Shown: positions 1-14,979 of the stretch, in pieces
Numbering within the stretch: the stretch's first letter is position 1
How the letters are laid out: each line of letters starts with the position of its first letter
Assembly (NCBI RefSeq): GCF_009914755.1
Contig: NC_060931.1
Strand: one strand, 5' to 3'
Source: the human T2T-CHM13v2.0 reference genome, Homo sapiens
Length of the DNA: 64,000 nt
Notes under the pieces: model-generated
What the model was told of the DNA's origin: nothing
The model's input: only the letters and a program-made list of their open reading frames with translations
Database searches by the model: none
Translations under genes and position numbers: made by a program

Positions 1-127
1 TAAAGTGGAATTCACTAGGAGATAGGGAGCTGGACTCAAGAGAGTATTGCATGAAGACAAAAGTCCTTGGTTCATATTCTGAATGTGTGCTTCCTCTTAC
101 TTTAATGATTTTTCCTTTTCCCTATTT

Positions 128-551
128 CTGCCAGTTAAACTATATCTCCCCCACTGCCACAATAAGTACTAACTCCTAGTACCTGTAAATATGAACTTAT
201 TTGGAAATAAGGGTCTTTGCAAATGTAATTAAGGTACACATTAAGATGAAGTTATATTAGAGTAGGGTGAGCCCTTAATTCAATATAACTGGTGTTACAG
301 GAAGAGGGGAAGAGACACAGAGAACATGGACAGAGAAAGAAAAGAATCCCAAGTGATGAAGAAAGCAGAGATTAGAGTTGTGCTAGGAGGCAAGCTTGGA
401 ATTCTCCCTCTAAGCTCTCAAGAAGGAACCACTCCTGCTGACAACTTGATTTGAGAATTCTGGCCTCCAGAACTGTGAAAGAATAAATTTCTCTTGTCTT
501 AAGTCACCCAGTTTGTGGTCATTTGTTATGATAGCCCTAGGAAATGAGTAC
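128..551 (+). mobile_element. MaLR solo LTR (MLT1B/C-like)
   Basis: Typical MLT1 motifs: 'cttatttggaaataagggtctttgc', 'tggcctccagaactgtgaaagaataaatttc' and 3' end 'gtttgtggtcatttgttatgatagccctaggaaatgagtaca'. Confidence 0.85.
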
Positions 552-1039
552 ACCATCCTATAAAAAGGAGTCAGTGATATATCTTTGCCAGGTGATTGTC
601 AGGAGGATTATAATAAAGCATAGGTAAATATTAATTTCAGCAAAGCTTTTTACTAAGATTCTTATAATGCGTTCACTGATAAAATAAATCTGTGTGAGCT
701 CAATTATTAGTTAGGTTCAAAGTTGCTAAAATTGCCATTTCCAAAGACAGCTGATTAATAATTCAACATAAACTTAATCTTTCCCAAAATGTTCACTTAT
801 GGATATACTGAAAATAACTCTCAGGTCTCAGATTTCTATCATTTAAGGCCCTTTATAGACAAACGGACACAAGTTTTGGAAAGTCACCTGAAGTAATAAT
901 GTTAATGATGGACACAGAACCTTTCATTCATCATTAGTTGTTCAACATATTTACAGGACTTAGAGAAGTACATAGAATGGATGCTATCCAAATAAGGGAG
1001 AAAAAAGTAAGTTGGGAAAAATAAAAGTAACACATTTAA

Positions 1040-1772
1040 AAAGAAAACTCGTTATCTTAATTTATTATCCTAACAATATAATTTAGTAACCATTATTAAT
1101 AGTAATTTGATACTTTAAACTTCAAACAGTGCTTCACACATAGTAGATACTCAGTAAGTTACTGTTATTATTAATAGTATGATAAGCTAGAATGATGGGT
1201 CAAACCCACTTCAGCGAAAAACACACAATATTTCATTTGGGCTCAAAATTTAAATGGATATCAGGTAGAAAATATCCAGGCTCATCATTAACTCATAGGA
1301 AATAGATTTGGGGATTTCAGTTGATCAAAGTTTCAGTGAATGCATCCAAACAGTGTTTTGTGAGACCTCTAAAACAAAAATAAAACAAAATAAACAACAA
1401 AGGTGAGAATTTAGGATAAATCAGTAGATGTACGTAAGCCCATGACAATTTGCAAAGGGCAAGCGTAAGGGGGATTGTTTTTCTAAAAGCAGCAATTCTC
1501 CTCTGTACATTTGAGAGATGTTCTGGATGCTGAGGGCATCTGGATGCTGTGGGGGTGAAGTTCCAAGGGAGACAGAGAGTTTCTGCACACTCCCATCCTA
1601 CACTTCCAGAAGATGAAGAGACGTAGGTCCCCACGGCATGCGAATCTGAGGAAGAAGATCTCTTGGTCAAAGACCTTTCTTCTGCCACCTAGAAACAACT
1701 GACGCTTCACAAAAGCAGCATCCGAGAAATGCAAGAGCGGTAAAAAATTATCAGAGGCTCCCTCGGTTGAGA
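1040..1772 (-). other. Candidate minus-strand terminal exon (coding frame uncertain)
   Basis: Long pyrimidine tract plus CAG acceptor on the minus strand (…ttctgtcatccttctttgcatgcttcag|tctcaacc, exon start 1772). The body is repeat-free and locally CpG-richer, with minus-strand AATAAA at 1061-1066. One frame is open to 1483 (track ORF 1483..1815). No recognisable protein. Confidence 0.3.
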
Positions 1773-2235
1773 CTGAAGCATGCAAAGAAGGATGACAGAA
1801 ATGTGAAGGAATCAAAGAAAGACATCAGCTAGGAAGGGACATTGAAACATCTCACTCTCAAAGAACCAAAGGAAACCCCCCTCCCCGCCACCCCCCAGTA
1901 ATGGGGAGAGAGGACATTTGACAGAGAATGAAGACAAAGACATCAGAAGAGAAAAATCTCCCCACACACTGACTGTCATGAGCATGAGGGATAGCCAAGA
2001 AAAGTAAGGTAGATCTAATGTCAGTAGTGTGGTCCTTTGTTAATTAACCTTCCCTTTTTAAAAGCTGTTAGAGGTATCACATGTAACGTGGAACCTTCTG
2101 GATGTTAAGATGTATTTTTCTATATATTGACTAGGAACACGGAGCCTATAATACTCATCACAGAAGTAATTCAGGCTCTTTAGACCTCAGTTATTTCTAA
2201 TACATGGTTTCAGACAGTTTTGGATACAAACTACA

Positions 2236-2733
2236 CTCGTTTCCTGTGGCTGCTTTTAAAAAAATTTACCAAAAACTTCGTGGCTTCAAACAACATACAT
2301 TTTTTGCTCTTATACTTCTGTAGTAGAGAAGTTTGAAAGTAGTTTCCCTAACCTAAAGTCAAGATGTCAGCAGGATAGAGCTGGCTTTTTTAGGAGGCTT
2401 TATGGGATAATCCACTTTCCTGCTTTTTTCAGATTCTAGAAGCTGCCTATATTCTTTGGCTTGTGGCCCCTTCCTCCATCTTTGAAGTGTGTCACTCCAA
2501 CCTCTGGTTCCATGGTAAGATGTCCTTCTCTTTTACTCTGACGTCTGCATCCCTCTTATAAGGACTGTGTGATTGCTTTGGGTTCACCAAAGATAACCCC
2601 ACAAAAATCTCCCCACCTCAACATCCTTAACTTAATCACATATGCAAGTTTCTTTTGCCATGTATAGTAACATCCACAAGTTCCGGGGATTAGGACATGG
2701 GCATATCTGGGGGTTCATTATTCAGCATACCAC
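2236..2733 (-). mobile_element. MaLR solo LTR (MLT1-family)
   Basis: Reverse MLT1 pattern, from 'gtttcctgtggctgct…aaacttcgtggcttcaaacaaca' to 'ggggattaggacatgg…attattcagcataccaca'. Confidence 0.85.
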
Positions 2734-2814
2734 ATCCACTTTAAAAAGAAACATTATAGGGAGAGAATATAGTATAGAGTGAAAGCATAAACCAGCTTGC
2801 TTGCTTCACAGACA

Positions 2815-3150
2815 CTTAGAGTGCTTTTTATATGCCGGATGTTTTTATAAGTGCTTAACAAATATTAGTTCATTATTACTCTCTACAGCCCTAAGACATA
2901 GGCATAATTATAATTCCCCATTTTTCTGATGAGAAAGCTGAAGTACAGAAAGGATAAGTTACTTGTACATGGCTTTGTGGTTATTTACAGCTGATATGAA
3001 TCCAAATCATGCCTCTTAACTAGGTGACCTTGACACAGTATTTTCACTAGAAAGAACATATTTTACATGGTTGGTGTGAGTATTTAAATCAAATAATGTA
3101 TATAAAGTGTTTATCACAGTTCTTGGCTCAAAATTTACTCATTACATGGT
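2815..3150. mobile_element. MIR SINE remnants (two, opposite orientation)
   Basis: MIR core-like 'cccatttttctgatgagaaagctgaagtacagaaaggataagttacttg' and 'actaggtgaccttgacacagt…gtatataaagtgtttatcacagttcttggc'. Confidence 0.6.
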
Positions 3151-3244
3151 AGATAGTAAAATAACTATGTTAGAGACATCGACCAAAAAAATGGAAAAGA
3201 AGAATAAAAATGGTTAGGGAACTAGAAACACTATCATCTTAAAA

Positions 3245-3590
3245 ATGGTAGTTTAGCTTGGAGAAGAAAAGAAGTATATGGGGGACATGATAGCTGTCTT
3301 GAAATATGTGATGAACTTTCATGTGAAGGAGAAGTAGATTTATTTTAATGTTCCCCCATAAAACCAAACTAAAACCTAAGGGTGGAAATTACATGGTGAT
3401 AAAATCTGGCTCAAGAAAAAAGGAAATATCTAATAATTAGAGTGTTACACCAATGAAAAAGGCTGCCCCAGAGTTTTGTAAGCTTTCAGTAAGTTGAAAT
3501 GTTCAAGCACAAGCTAAATGACTCTCTGTAGTATATAAAATAGAGAAAGGATTTCAACAATGAGAGGAATATTAAAATACATTCACGCAT
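3245..3590 (+). mobile_element. L3/CR1 LINE 3' remnant
   Basis: 'gtttagcttggagaagaaaaga…ggggacatgatagctgtcttgaaatatgtga…' resembles the CR1/L3 ORF2 3' end. Confidence 0.65.
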
Positions 3591-6500
3591 TTATTCAGCA
3601 AACATTTACTGACCATCTTCAGTGCACAGTGCCTGTAAGGCCCCTTACAACTCTAAAAATAATAGAATCTACTATTCTATGAATGAGCAAATAAGAGCAC
3701 ATGTCCCCAAAATGTACAGAATTTCTGGCTGATTCTCATTGAAGGGTCTACTGATTCTTTCAATCAGGTTCTCTAGTTTGTCTGGCATAATCTGCAATAA
3801 GCTTTATTTTCGCAGTCACTTATCACTAGTCACAGGAAGACTTTTTCTACAGTAAAGAATCAGTTCTTAATGGGAAAATCACTCAATTTTATATTCTGAT
3901 GAAAGAGACTTTTCTCGAAAGGAAAGGATTTTATTTCATAATAGTTGTTTTTTCTTTCAATCTATGCAAACAAATGTAATAACATCTTTTAACCAAAAAA
4001 TAAACAGAAAAAGAGGATTCCTCTCATTAATGTGGAGCATTTGCCATCCTTGAAAGAATCCAACAAAAATAAACCACTCTGTTGGACCCACAAATAAATT
4101 AATTATGGTGGAAACCTATTGAGTCTGATTTGTCCTGGGAACTATTAAGAGGTCGCCTACCTACTTCTCATTTAATCTGCTTGACTAAATAAGATTGCTT
4201 TGTTGGAGAATTACCTGAATTACACACAGAATCCAAGAAAGTCTCCAATTAATGACCAAAATGTCCCCAGTGTCTATACCATCCATACAACATTTCACCA
4301 CATAGCAGCTGATGGCATTTATTACACAGCTGTTAGTAAGTGTCAGAATTAACCAGACAATAGGACAGACCTCTCCGTGATTTTTGCTGCTTACAATACT
4401 TTCTTAGCGGAAGATACAGAATAGGAATAATAATAACCCAAATACAAGTTGATTTTAATGAGCTCTTACCATGTGATGGTATCATCATAGGCAATTATTT
4501 CAATGACCGTGTCAAGCAGGAACCTCTCTTATCCTATCTAAAGAATGTGATGGAGCCAAAATTAAAACAGGGACGTGGAGTTCTCGAACTGTTATTGACT
4601 GATAAACTGCTTCCACAATCTTTAACCCTTTCCCTAACAAAGACGAATAAGTTAGAAGAAATACTGAACAGTAATTACAAATCTGTATTTTGATCTCTTT
4701 TACAGAAATAAACAGTGTGCCAAAGATGGGATTAGAACCTAGTTCTCTAGATACCTATGGTCCAAATAGCTACCAATTAAATTAAATGTAAAAAGCATTC
4801 TCAGCCCTGTGGGCTAGCCACATCACTGAGTTATTGAGTATCATGCAAGATTCTGTATAGGCAAGAACATTGCTCTAAAATATGGTAAATTTCCTTCTCT
4901 TTCCTTTCAAAATGCCCCAAGGCACTCGTATACATTGTGGACACCACCGGCCTGAAAATTCTCAGTTGAGGGAAAAAGAAATTCAAAATCCTTGAATTTA
5001 TAAGAGCACTAAAAGCATCTAAAATGATAACTATTTTGCCCCTTTAACACCAAAAGATCAACTGATTTTTATTTTTCTCTTAGAGTTGACCTTTATTTAA
5101 CCCATGGCATGCCAAAGTTATGGCCTGAAGCAATTTTTTCAGTGACTGCCTTGACTTGGGACAAGAATAGACATTTCACTCAACCTGTCTCTGAATCATC
5201 ATTCCATATCACTACTGATGGTCAGTCTAACAAAGAAAAACCGTTTTCAACATTTAGAAAACACTAAAACTTTCTGTTGAATTATTTATTCCCTCCATTT
5301 CAAATAAGTTCGGACCTGCAAAATGTTTGCAAATTCTAAAATTATCAAATGTTTTCTCAAAGTTTTTATTAAGCTCTTCAATAAAACGTTTGTATTCAGT
5401 TATGTATAAAAAATAATGAGCTCATTGTGCCTGCATCATAAAAAGCTAAAACCATTTCTTTTGATCAGTTGACTACCTGCTGGCATCTTTTCCTAATGGG
5501 GAAATTAATTTTAAGGCTTTGTGGTACCTCTTTTGCCCCCTATATAAGTCCTGCACCTACACACAATTGTTCAGGACACTCTCACTATTTTGAATGTAAT
5601 AAATGAGGTATATCTAAAGAATTTAGACATGATTAGTGGTGTCTAACACTTTTCCTCTAACAAAAACAAATTCAATAGTTGCATATTATGAAAGATTACA
5701 AAACGAAAGAGAAACGTGCAAAGATACAGTAGGAGATATTTAATTTAGAGATTAAGAATTTATGGCTATAAGCGCTGGGAGGCACATCTGTGAGTTATCC
5801 AAGGGAGAATGCAGATTCTCTGGAGGTTTATAATGACACAAATAGCTATGTTTCTGGGCTGGCATAAATGGGATCCTGGTTATAGGTCGGCAGCATAATA
5901 AAATAACTATCTGTGTCAAAAAGTCTAGCTCAAGGATTTCTACAAAAAACTTTCAATGACAACAGTATTTATATGAGCATAATTTAATATTAGCACAAGC
6001 ATTTTATTGTGGATCATCTTTACCTGATTTTATTTCCTGAGCAGCATTGATCTTTAGAAAGTCAATGAAAAATGAATCAATATCTACCACACATTAAGCA
6101 CTTTGCTAAGCATTTTATTTTTTATATCCTTCAATAAATTTATTAATGCTTCCCATTTTTACCAAATAGAGAAGCTGAAACTCAACAATCATAAGCAATT
6201 TGCCCCATGCTACACATTTAAGAAGTGGTATATTTAACCCAGACACATTTGACTTGAAAACAAATACCCCTAAACTACATTATACAGAAAAATAGTATTA
6301 GCAATAATTGAGAAAAACATGGATCTAGCCAATGCAATAGGTCTGGAAAGATAAATATGAATTAAAATTAATTTTAAAATATGCATTTATTAATTGTAAA
6401 TGATACAAATAACTACATAGAAAATCTCTGAGAAACAACAAGAAAAATGAAATGAGAGCTTAAACACAATAAATTTAATGAATTAACCAAATCATACGTA

Positions 6501-7399
6501 CAATATTTTGAATATATGTTAAAAAAACACTGAATTATACACTTTAAAAGTGTGAATTTTATTGTATGTAAATTGTATGTCATTAAAAAGTTAAATAAAA
6601 TGATTACACTAGCCAGTTAATATGGGAGGTAAATGAAGTGGAAATGAGGACTATTCACCGATAATATAAATGTAAAAATTTGAACAATTTTTCTAGAGGG
6701 TAATTACATTTTATTTACCAAAATCCAGTTATTATATTTTTTAAATCTAAAGAGTTAATCAGAGATATGGCTTAGGTTTATATACAATAAAATTTATCAT
6801 AGTCTTGTTTGAAATACTTCTCCCAAAAGGAATTTAAACAGTGGAAACTATATAAATCCAGGAATTTCTAAATATAGCTTGATACATCCATATAAAGTCA
6901 TGGTTCAGAATAGTTAATTACATTGGAAATGCTTACAATGTTAAGTAAAACAGACAAGATAAAAAAAAAAAAAGTAACCAAACATTAAAAAGAAATTAGA
7001 GCTGCAGTGAATGTTATGAGAGAAGAGGATTTTTTTGCAAAAATATATTCGGTAAGATAAAGAAAACTGATGCAAAGTTGCACCTGGGCCTGGGAATGAA
7101 TTCTTACATTTGTTGGTGGAGAATAGGCTGTGACTGGTATAACAGGGAGTCAAATGCTTTCTAGCTTGTTCTGTGTTTGTAGAACCCCTGTGTTTCAGGG
7201 AAGAAGATGGGCTGCTATTCCATATAACTTTTTCTCGGATAACCAAGACTTCTCCCTCCATGGAACCTTTGCAAAAGCTCCTTTCTCTCCATGGAATTTT
7301 CTTTTCCTAGATTTTGACTTGGATGGCTCTTGATGCACACTCCACATTCACATCTTCACTGAAAAGTCACTAGTTCAGTCAGGCTTTTTCTGCCCATTC

Positions 7400-7537
7400 A
7401 TAGCAGCATGGCATCACCTGGGAATTTGTTGGAAAGACAGAATTTCATGCGCCACCCAAGACTTACTGAATTTGAATCTGCATTTTAATAACATCCCCAG
7501 ATGACTCTCATGCACACTAAAATTTGAGAAGCACTGT
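7400..7537. mobile_element. MER5-family hAT-Charlie MITE
   Basis: 'catcacctgggaatttgtt…gacttactgaatttgaatctgcattttaataacatccccagatgactc…tttgagaagcactg'. Confidence 0.8.
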
Positions 7538-7979
7538 CCTTACAGTCTGTGATAGAGACTGCATGCCAGCTCCCTGCATCATTTTCTCCATAGGACTTAT
7601 GCATATCTAAAATTATTTATTTGCTTTCTTAAACATAGTTTCATTAGCATAGAATTTGTTTTGTCTTTTGCCTGTGTTCACAGTTCCTAAATAGTGCTTA
7701 ATGTACTGCTGGGACCCAAAGAATATTTGTTGAATGAAAGCACAGAATAGGGAGAGGTATAGTTCAGTAATTTTGATTGAAGAAATGCCATTTTATATCT
7801 TCACTATCTAAATAACTCTGTCTTTGGGGCCTCAACTATTGATTAAAGCTATAAGAGCTAATAAATTGTGTTCCAGTCCAATGCATCATGTGCCTGTAAT
7901 ATTTACTGGTTCTATAAAAAACCCTACCTAATAACTTTCAGAAGGATAACCAGTATTATTATATGTAAAAATAAAAGTA

Positions 7980-8580
7980 GGTTGCTCAAAAAGTTAGAGT
8001 ATTGCCATGTGACTCAGCAATTGCTCTTCTAAGTATACACCCAAGAGAATTGAAAACAAATGGTCAAACTAATCTTATACACAAATGTTCATAGCAGGAT
8101 CATTCATAAGAGCCAAAAAAGTAAAAACAGCCCCAAATGTTTATCAATGAATGAATAAATCTGCAAAATGAGGTATATACCCTCAATGGAATATTATTCA
8201 TCCATAAAAAGGAATAAAATACCATTAATGTTACAACATAAATGAACCTTGAATATATTACATTAAGTAAAAGAAGCCAGATACAGAAAGCTGCATTTTG
8301 CCACATATTGCAAAAGCCACATACATGAAATGTCCAGAATAGGCAAATTCATAGAAACAAAAAGCCAATTAGTGGTTGTCAGAAGCTGGAAGGAGGGAGA
8401 AATGGGGAGTACCTGCTAATGGACACGGAGTTTCTCTCTGGGGTGACGAAAATATTCTGCAATTAGATAGTGATGATGGTTGACATCATTGTGAATGTAC
8501 TGGAAGTCCTTAAATTGTACACTTTAAAATAGTTAAGATGGTGAGTTTTAGGTTATGTGAATTTCACTTCAACAAAAAAT
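7980..8580 (+). mobile_element. L1MB-type LINE-1 3' end
   Basis: Classic L1M 3' UTR: 'gactcagcaattgctcttctaagtatacacccaagagaattgaaaac', 'tattcatccataaaaaggaat', 'gatagtgatgatggttgaca…gtgaatgtact', followed by an A-rich end. Confidence 0.85.
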
Positions 8581-10160
8581 AAATATATAGAAGCAAATTA
8601 CTATTTTAAGACATAGTGGCATTAAAATATATTGACTTGCTATCCAGAAATTTTGTTTTACAGACTCACTATTTCAGAGGTCAGGGTGCCAAATGATTAA
8701 TATTATGTGACGATTATCTTTTTCAGATAGAGATAAGACAGGGAAATAAGGTAAAAGAAATGAGTCTGGGATTTGCCTAAGCCAGGACTCAAATTCCTTT
8801 GATCCTTGGCTAAAAGCCCTGATTGGTCCAAAAGGTCAAATGGAAAGGAAAAAGCACTCAAGAATAAATCAGTAAAATAAAAAATTCATTAAAATGTAGC
8901 TATTGGGAGGAAAGGAAATAACCTTCCTTTCTTCTACTAAAGAGTGAATTGACAACCTAATTTTCCGAACAGGTAACAAATGTATAGCTGTAGCTAGGTG
9001 CCCAGAATTTCTTCTCTACAGGGAAATGTTGGAAATAAATTATGGAGGAGTCTTCAGACTTACTGAAGCCACTGAAATTGTAATTGTTGTTACAATTGCA
9101 AGGGTTTATTAAAGATCATCAGGAAACTTGGCATTAAAAAAGTGTTTGGATAGATAAGACCCCTGTTTGCACTTTAAGCCTTTACTGTTAATTACATGTT
9201 ACTGTGATTAAGCACTTCAGAAGTGACTTTTATGAACTGTGCTATTATTTCATTTAATAAGAACTTGTTATAAAGTCACAGGTTAGCAAAAGTTCATTAA
9301 TAAGTTCAATGTTTGGAACTCAAAAAGCATTTTCCTATGGAGCAATGTTAGCCATGGTGGTTAGGTTTCTATGTAAGTGGGGTCTAAGAAATCAGGTAAG
9401 CCATACACACCTGCTCCCGTAACACTGAACAGCACACTACACGTTTTAAAAGATTTCCATGGAAACATGCATTCAGCATTCTGGGACCAAGACATCTCTT
9501 CCCTCTACTGCATTAGTGATGCTTGTTCATTCATTCATCACTGAATCACTCATTCAACAAGCATTGGCAGTGTCTGCTATGTACCAGGCCCTTTAGCAAG
9601 TTATATTCCTTTTTATCTGCCAGGTAGCAGGCTTTCTTCAACTTGGAGGAAGTAACCATTGGCTTAGCATATGAACTCCAGCATATAAGAAGCAGAAGAT
9701 GAGGTTCTAGGGCAAGTAGAAGCAATGAAGGTTAAGGACGACTGGAACAAGGTGATGGCAAGTGAATGATTATTTAGCCCAGCTGCCTATGCCCCTTCCC
9801 CCCACTTTCCTCATTGTGGCCAACACTGGTGTTAGTGTGGAAATTCTAGTGGATGACTACAATAAATGTCAGCTATGTAATAGATGCCCTTTCCCGCTTC
9901 ATTCTCCCTTAGAGCAGTGCCCAGGGTTGGGAAATGCCAAGTAGCCAAACAAGCGTGAGAACTGAGATCTACATTTTTTTAACCAATCCCCCCATCTTAC
10001 TTGAGAGTACAAATCAAAAAGAAAAAAACAGAGAAAGGAAAACATTAATGAACATATATCCATAGTTATGAATGTTATATATCAGGGATTGTGTGAAACA
10101 AAAACAAGCAATTGCTGAACTCACATTTTTTTAAAAAACTACAAGTTACCAACTAACAAA

Positions 10161-10180
10161 GATCACCACCTAGTGGCCCC
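10161..10180 (-). promoter_or_regulatory. Candidate CTCF binding site
   Basis: Minus strand reads GGGGCCACTAGGTGGTGATC, close to the CTCF core CCASYAGRKGGC/T, in non-repeat DNA. Confidence 0.55.
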
Positions 10181-13100
10181 AGCAAGATAACTGCACTTGA
10201 ACAAGATGCATTGAAATTCAAAAATATTGGGGGTTTGTTGCAAGAACGTAAGGTAACATTGAAACACTGAAGCCTCTCCTTTTGTCCCTTGGATCCAACC
10301 TCTCCTTTTTCTTTCATTCTGAGTCAGTTTCTCTTAGTTTATGATTCTAGTTTGTCTTGAAAGCATTCTATTTGCAGTTACCTTTAATCTTTGCAATTAG
10401 CTACTTTGTCATCTTTTGAGTTCCTCATCTTTTATGATACACCACAAGCCCTTCTGAGTCTTGCCTGAAATAGTGGGTTTAAACATCATTTTTGTCATGC
10501 CACTTCCCTACAAAAAAAAAATTGAATGCTTACGTGGATCCTGTTGTCACTTATATCAAGCCTGGTCTAACCCGCATATCCCCACACTCCACTTTTGCAA
10601 ACATAATGACTGCCCACTGGGTACTTTTCTTTATTGATGCTTCACCACACTCAAATCTCAAACACAACTGCCCTTTTTATCTATTTCTGAGTACTTTTAT
10701 CAAACTCAAATTCCACCTTTTCATAACTTTTCCCCTACTACTCCTATCATGTTCACTTCCTTCTTCTCTAAGTTCTTACATTCATGGTTATTAACACCAA
10801 GTTTATGATTTAATTATTGTCTAATTGTTTTATAAGTATTATGTCTGCAAAGGAAGTTCCATGGTTTAAATGTGTCTATATCTGCCACAAATCTTAGCAT
10901 GATATTAAACATAACACAAGAGCTCAAAGAATAAATGACTGATATAGAAATGGATAGATTAGAATTCCTGCAATTAAAGGACTTTTAGTTGTCTATGGGT
11001 AAGTGACAAGGAAAGAAGAAGGAGAGTACAGAGTGGGGAAAGATTGCTGGAACTATATTCCATGAGTGGAAAAAGATTAATTTTATCCACCTTTATTATG
11101 TAAAATGCCAGTGACAAATTGAAAAGTTATCTCCCAAAATGCCAGGATACATTTAAACATATTCCAAAACATATAGTATAATATAACCACGAAAGTTTTT
11201 AATGGAATATAGTTACTTTGGGTGCAGACAGTGAAAGGAGCTCACTCAGACAAAGAGAGGGAAAAACGGGGGAAAAAAGAAATTGTTATTAAACAGGTAA
11301 TGAAATGTTAACTTGCATTCTAAGGTAGGACAAAGTTTTACTTCTTGGGCAGCAGCATAAAATCTGCTCCAGGGATGTGAATTACAGATACGTTAGGCAA
11401 CTGCACACTGGAAATAGCAAGACTGGGAGAAAGTTCTATGCAATCAAACTTTGGCGTATAATTCAACCAACTTTGAATGTGAATGGAAATATTTTACCCC
11501 TAAAATGTGAATAATAAAACAAATAAAATATTAAATAATCTACTCAAATGAAGAAGTCTGCAGAATAAGTAATGTGAACTTGAAAAATCTCATTAAGTGT
11601 CACCAGAATTCTATTTCTAGTGCAACTGCAAGTAGTTTTATAACTAGGTCTCCAGTAAAATAATTAGACTATTTTAAGGGGTAGCAACTGACTCTATCTT
11701 GAGGAGAGGAAAGAAAATGCTTCTCCTATGTAAATTTTCCCCCAATTTTTCAAACTGACATTTTCAAAGGCATCATAGAAGGACAATTACTTCTATGCTG
11801 TATATATTGCTGTTTTACCATAAAAGAGCACTATGTATGCAAGGCACTGTGCAAGCTATGGTAGAGGTAAACAAAGAATGCAAATGGCCTGCATTATATC
11901 CTCAAGTATCTTACTAGGGTGAGAAGATCCACATGTATTCAATAGATAATAATTCTGTAATTAATTTTTAAGAAACTATACCACATATTATGCAGACAGC
12001 CTGAATTTTCATACTTCAACAAATACTGAAGGCCCACAATTAGAAAGATGTTATAAGATGTTTTGTGAGTACAAAGTAAATCCATTACTCAACTGGCCCT
12101 CAGCAACAGTGAGTATAATAAGAAATGGACAGCAGGTACCTCAATAAAGATGAAATTACTTGATGAAAGAAGTATAATCTGTGATTTATCTTAAAATGCA
12201 GGTGTGGTTTAAATATGCAGGGTTGCAGGGTATTAGAGAAAGCATTGGAGGCAGACTTATCACATACAAAGGCACTGAGTTGATAAAGCAAGGATGGGTG
12301 TGAGAACTTAGTTCATTCCTTTTAGTATGATGTATAGAAAATGTGACATGAAACAATAGGCAATGATGTTGGAAAGCTGACTTAGAACTAGAGTATGGAA
12401 GATATTAAATTCCAAGTTAAGAAATTTGGCTTTAATCTATCAAACTAAGAATCATCGAAATTTTTGAGCAGCTAAGACCATCATGGTTGTGCTTTGGAAC
12501 AATTAGGTAGCAATGCATGAATTGGTCTTGAATAAGGAAGCATGGAGAATACATTAGTTTAGGAAAGAGGTAATGTTGGCGGAATGTATGGTAGTGACCG
12601 AGATAGAGTGGAAGGGACAATTCCAAAAGATCCTACACAGAAAAAAGAAAATTGACTGAGACTTGGTTGATTCAATTAAATATAAAGAGCTATCAAGGAT
12701 GAACTCAAAACTAATGCCATTTAGAGAAACGAAGACCAAAAGAGGGTAAGGTTGGTGCCTCCGGGGATTGGACAACTTCAGTAAGACATATTTGCAGCTT
12801 GAAGTGCCTTTCAGAAGAAAATATCCAGCTGACAGTTAACAATATTAAACAATTGAGATGAAAGCTAAGTTGTGATTTGCAAACCATCAAGAGCCAGTAT
12901 GAAAGAACTGAGCAAACTGAAATCTCAGAGCTTGTACAGGACAGCAAGGAGAGCCACCCTGATACCACAGAGGCCCAGTAGTGAAAACAGATCATGAGAA
13001 AATGTGACTAGGATCAGCTAGCTTCCCACATCCCCACCCTGCATTTGGTCCTCTTCAAATATGATAGGGATTTACACATTGGAGAATTTAAGCCAAGCAG

Positions 13101-13660
13101 TATAAAAATCTCCCAATAAGAAAGGTATAAGGAAAAAAACTCAGAAGAAAATGAGAAAATGTGTTCAGGGGATAAAAGAAAAAAACAAAGCCTGAAATTG
13201 ATAACCTCAAAATAAAACAATATCTTTTATGAAATAAAAATCCAGATGCACTAAAAATGGACAAATCAATTTTTTACTCACTAAATAAATGTAAGGGACT
13301 ATCTTAAAATGCAGAAATAAAAGAGGTTGATGGAAATAAAAGAAGGGAAAAAGTAAGATAGAGGTTCAATCATGGAAGTATAACATTAAGTAAACTAATA
13401 GGAGTCCCAAAAAGAAAATAAAGAGGGCAAAGGGATGAACAAAGAATAAAGACATTATTTTTAGAACTGAAGCTCATTAGTTTCCAGATGGAAAAGGCCA
13501 TCAAGCACCCAGCCCAAGAGATGAAAAAAGGAACACTATCAAGAAATTTTAGTGAAAAAAGAACACAATAGCAATACACTTTCAAAATCTGAGAGAAAAT
13601 GACTTTTAGTATATAATTATTAAATTAGTAATTAGGGAGGAGCGTGGATAGAAAAAAGGA

Positions 13661-14634
<974 letters not shown>

Positions 14635-14639
<5 letters not shown>

Positions 14640-14726
14640 ACTGCACTCCAGCCTGGGCAACAGAGTGAGAGTCAGTGTCAAAAAAAAAAAAAAAAAAGAT
14701 AAGAATATTGGGAATAAAAAGGCAAC
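14635..14726 (+). repeat. Inverted copy (C') of 16547-16643: Alu 3' end, poly(A), TSD and unique flank
   Basis: 'ccaccactgcactccagcctgggcaacagagtgagagtcagtgtc(A)n gataagaatattgggaataaaaagg' matches the reverse complement of 16551-16643, including the private 'tcagtgtc' Alu end and the non-Alu flank. Confidence 0.93.
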
Positions 14727-14979
14727 TTATGTGAAAGAAGACATAAATTTGAGCCTGTTTCCCTTATATTTCTAAGTAATGGCTTGTCCTCCATGTTACA
14801 AATTCATAGCATGTTATGGCTTATCTATGTTGCCTTTTCTAGCCCACACACCCACACCCCACTTTTATGTTATTCCTGGTTCATTTACCTCTCAATGTTT
14901 TTGTCAAACTACTCTTTTTTTAATCCATCTAAATATATGTACAGTCTTTGAATTTATAAGGCTTTTCTAAATATACTAC

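Noticed and set aside
1317-1688. Longest track ORF (123 aa)
   Set aside because: It has a non-ATG start, no recognisable domain, and overlaps another ORF. It is more likely a chance frame within the candidate exon/UTR.
8726-8749. Possible 24-nt plus-strand microexon (ttttcag|atagag…aataag|gtaaaa)
   Set aside because: The donor is moderate and there is no other plus-strand coding evidence. Such motifs occur by chance in 64 kb.
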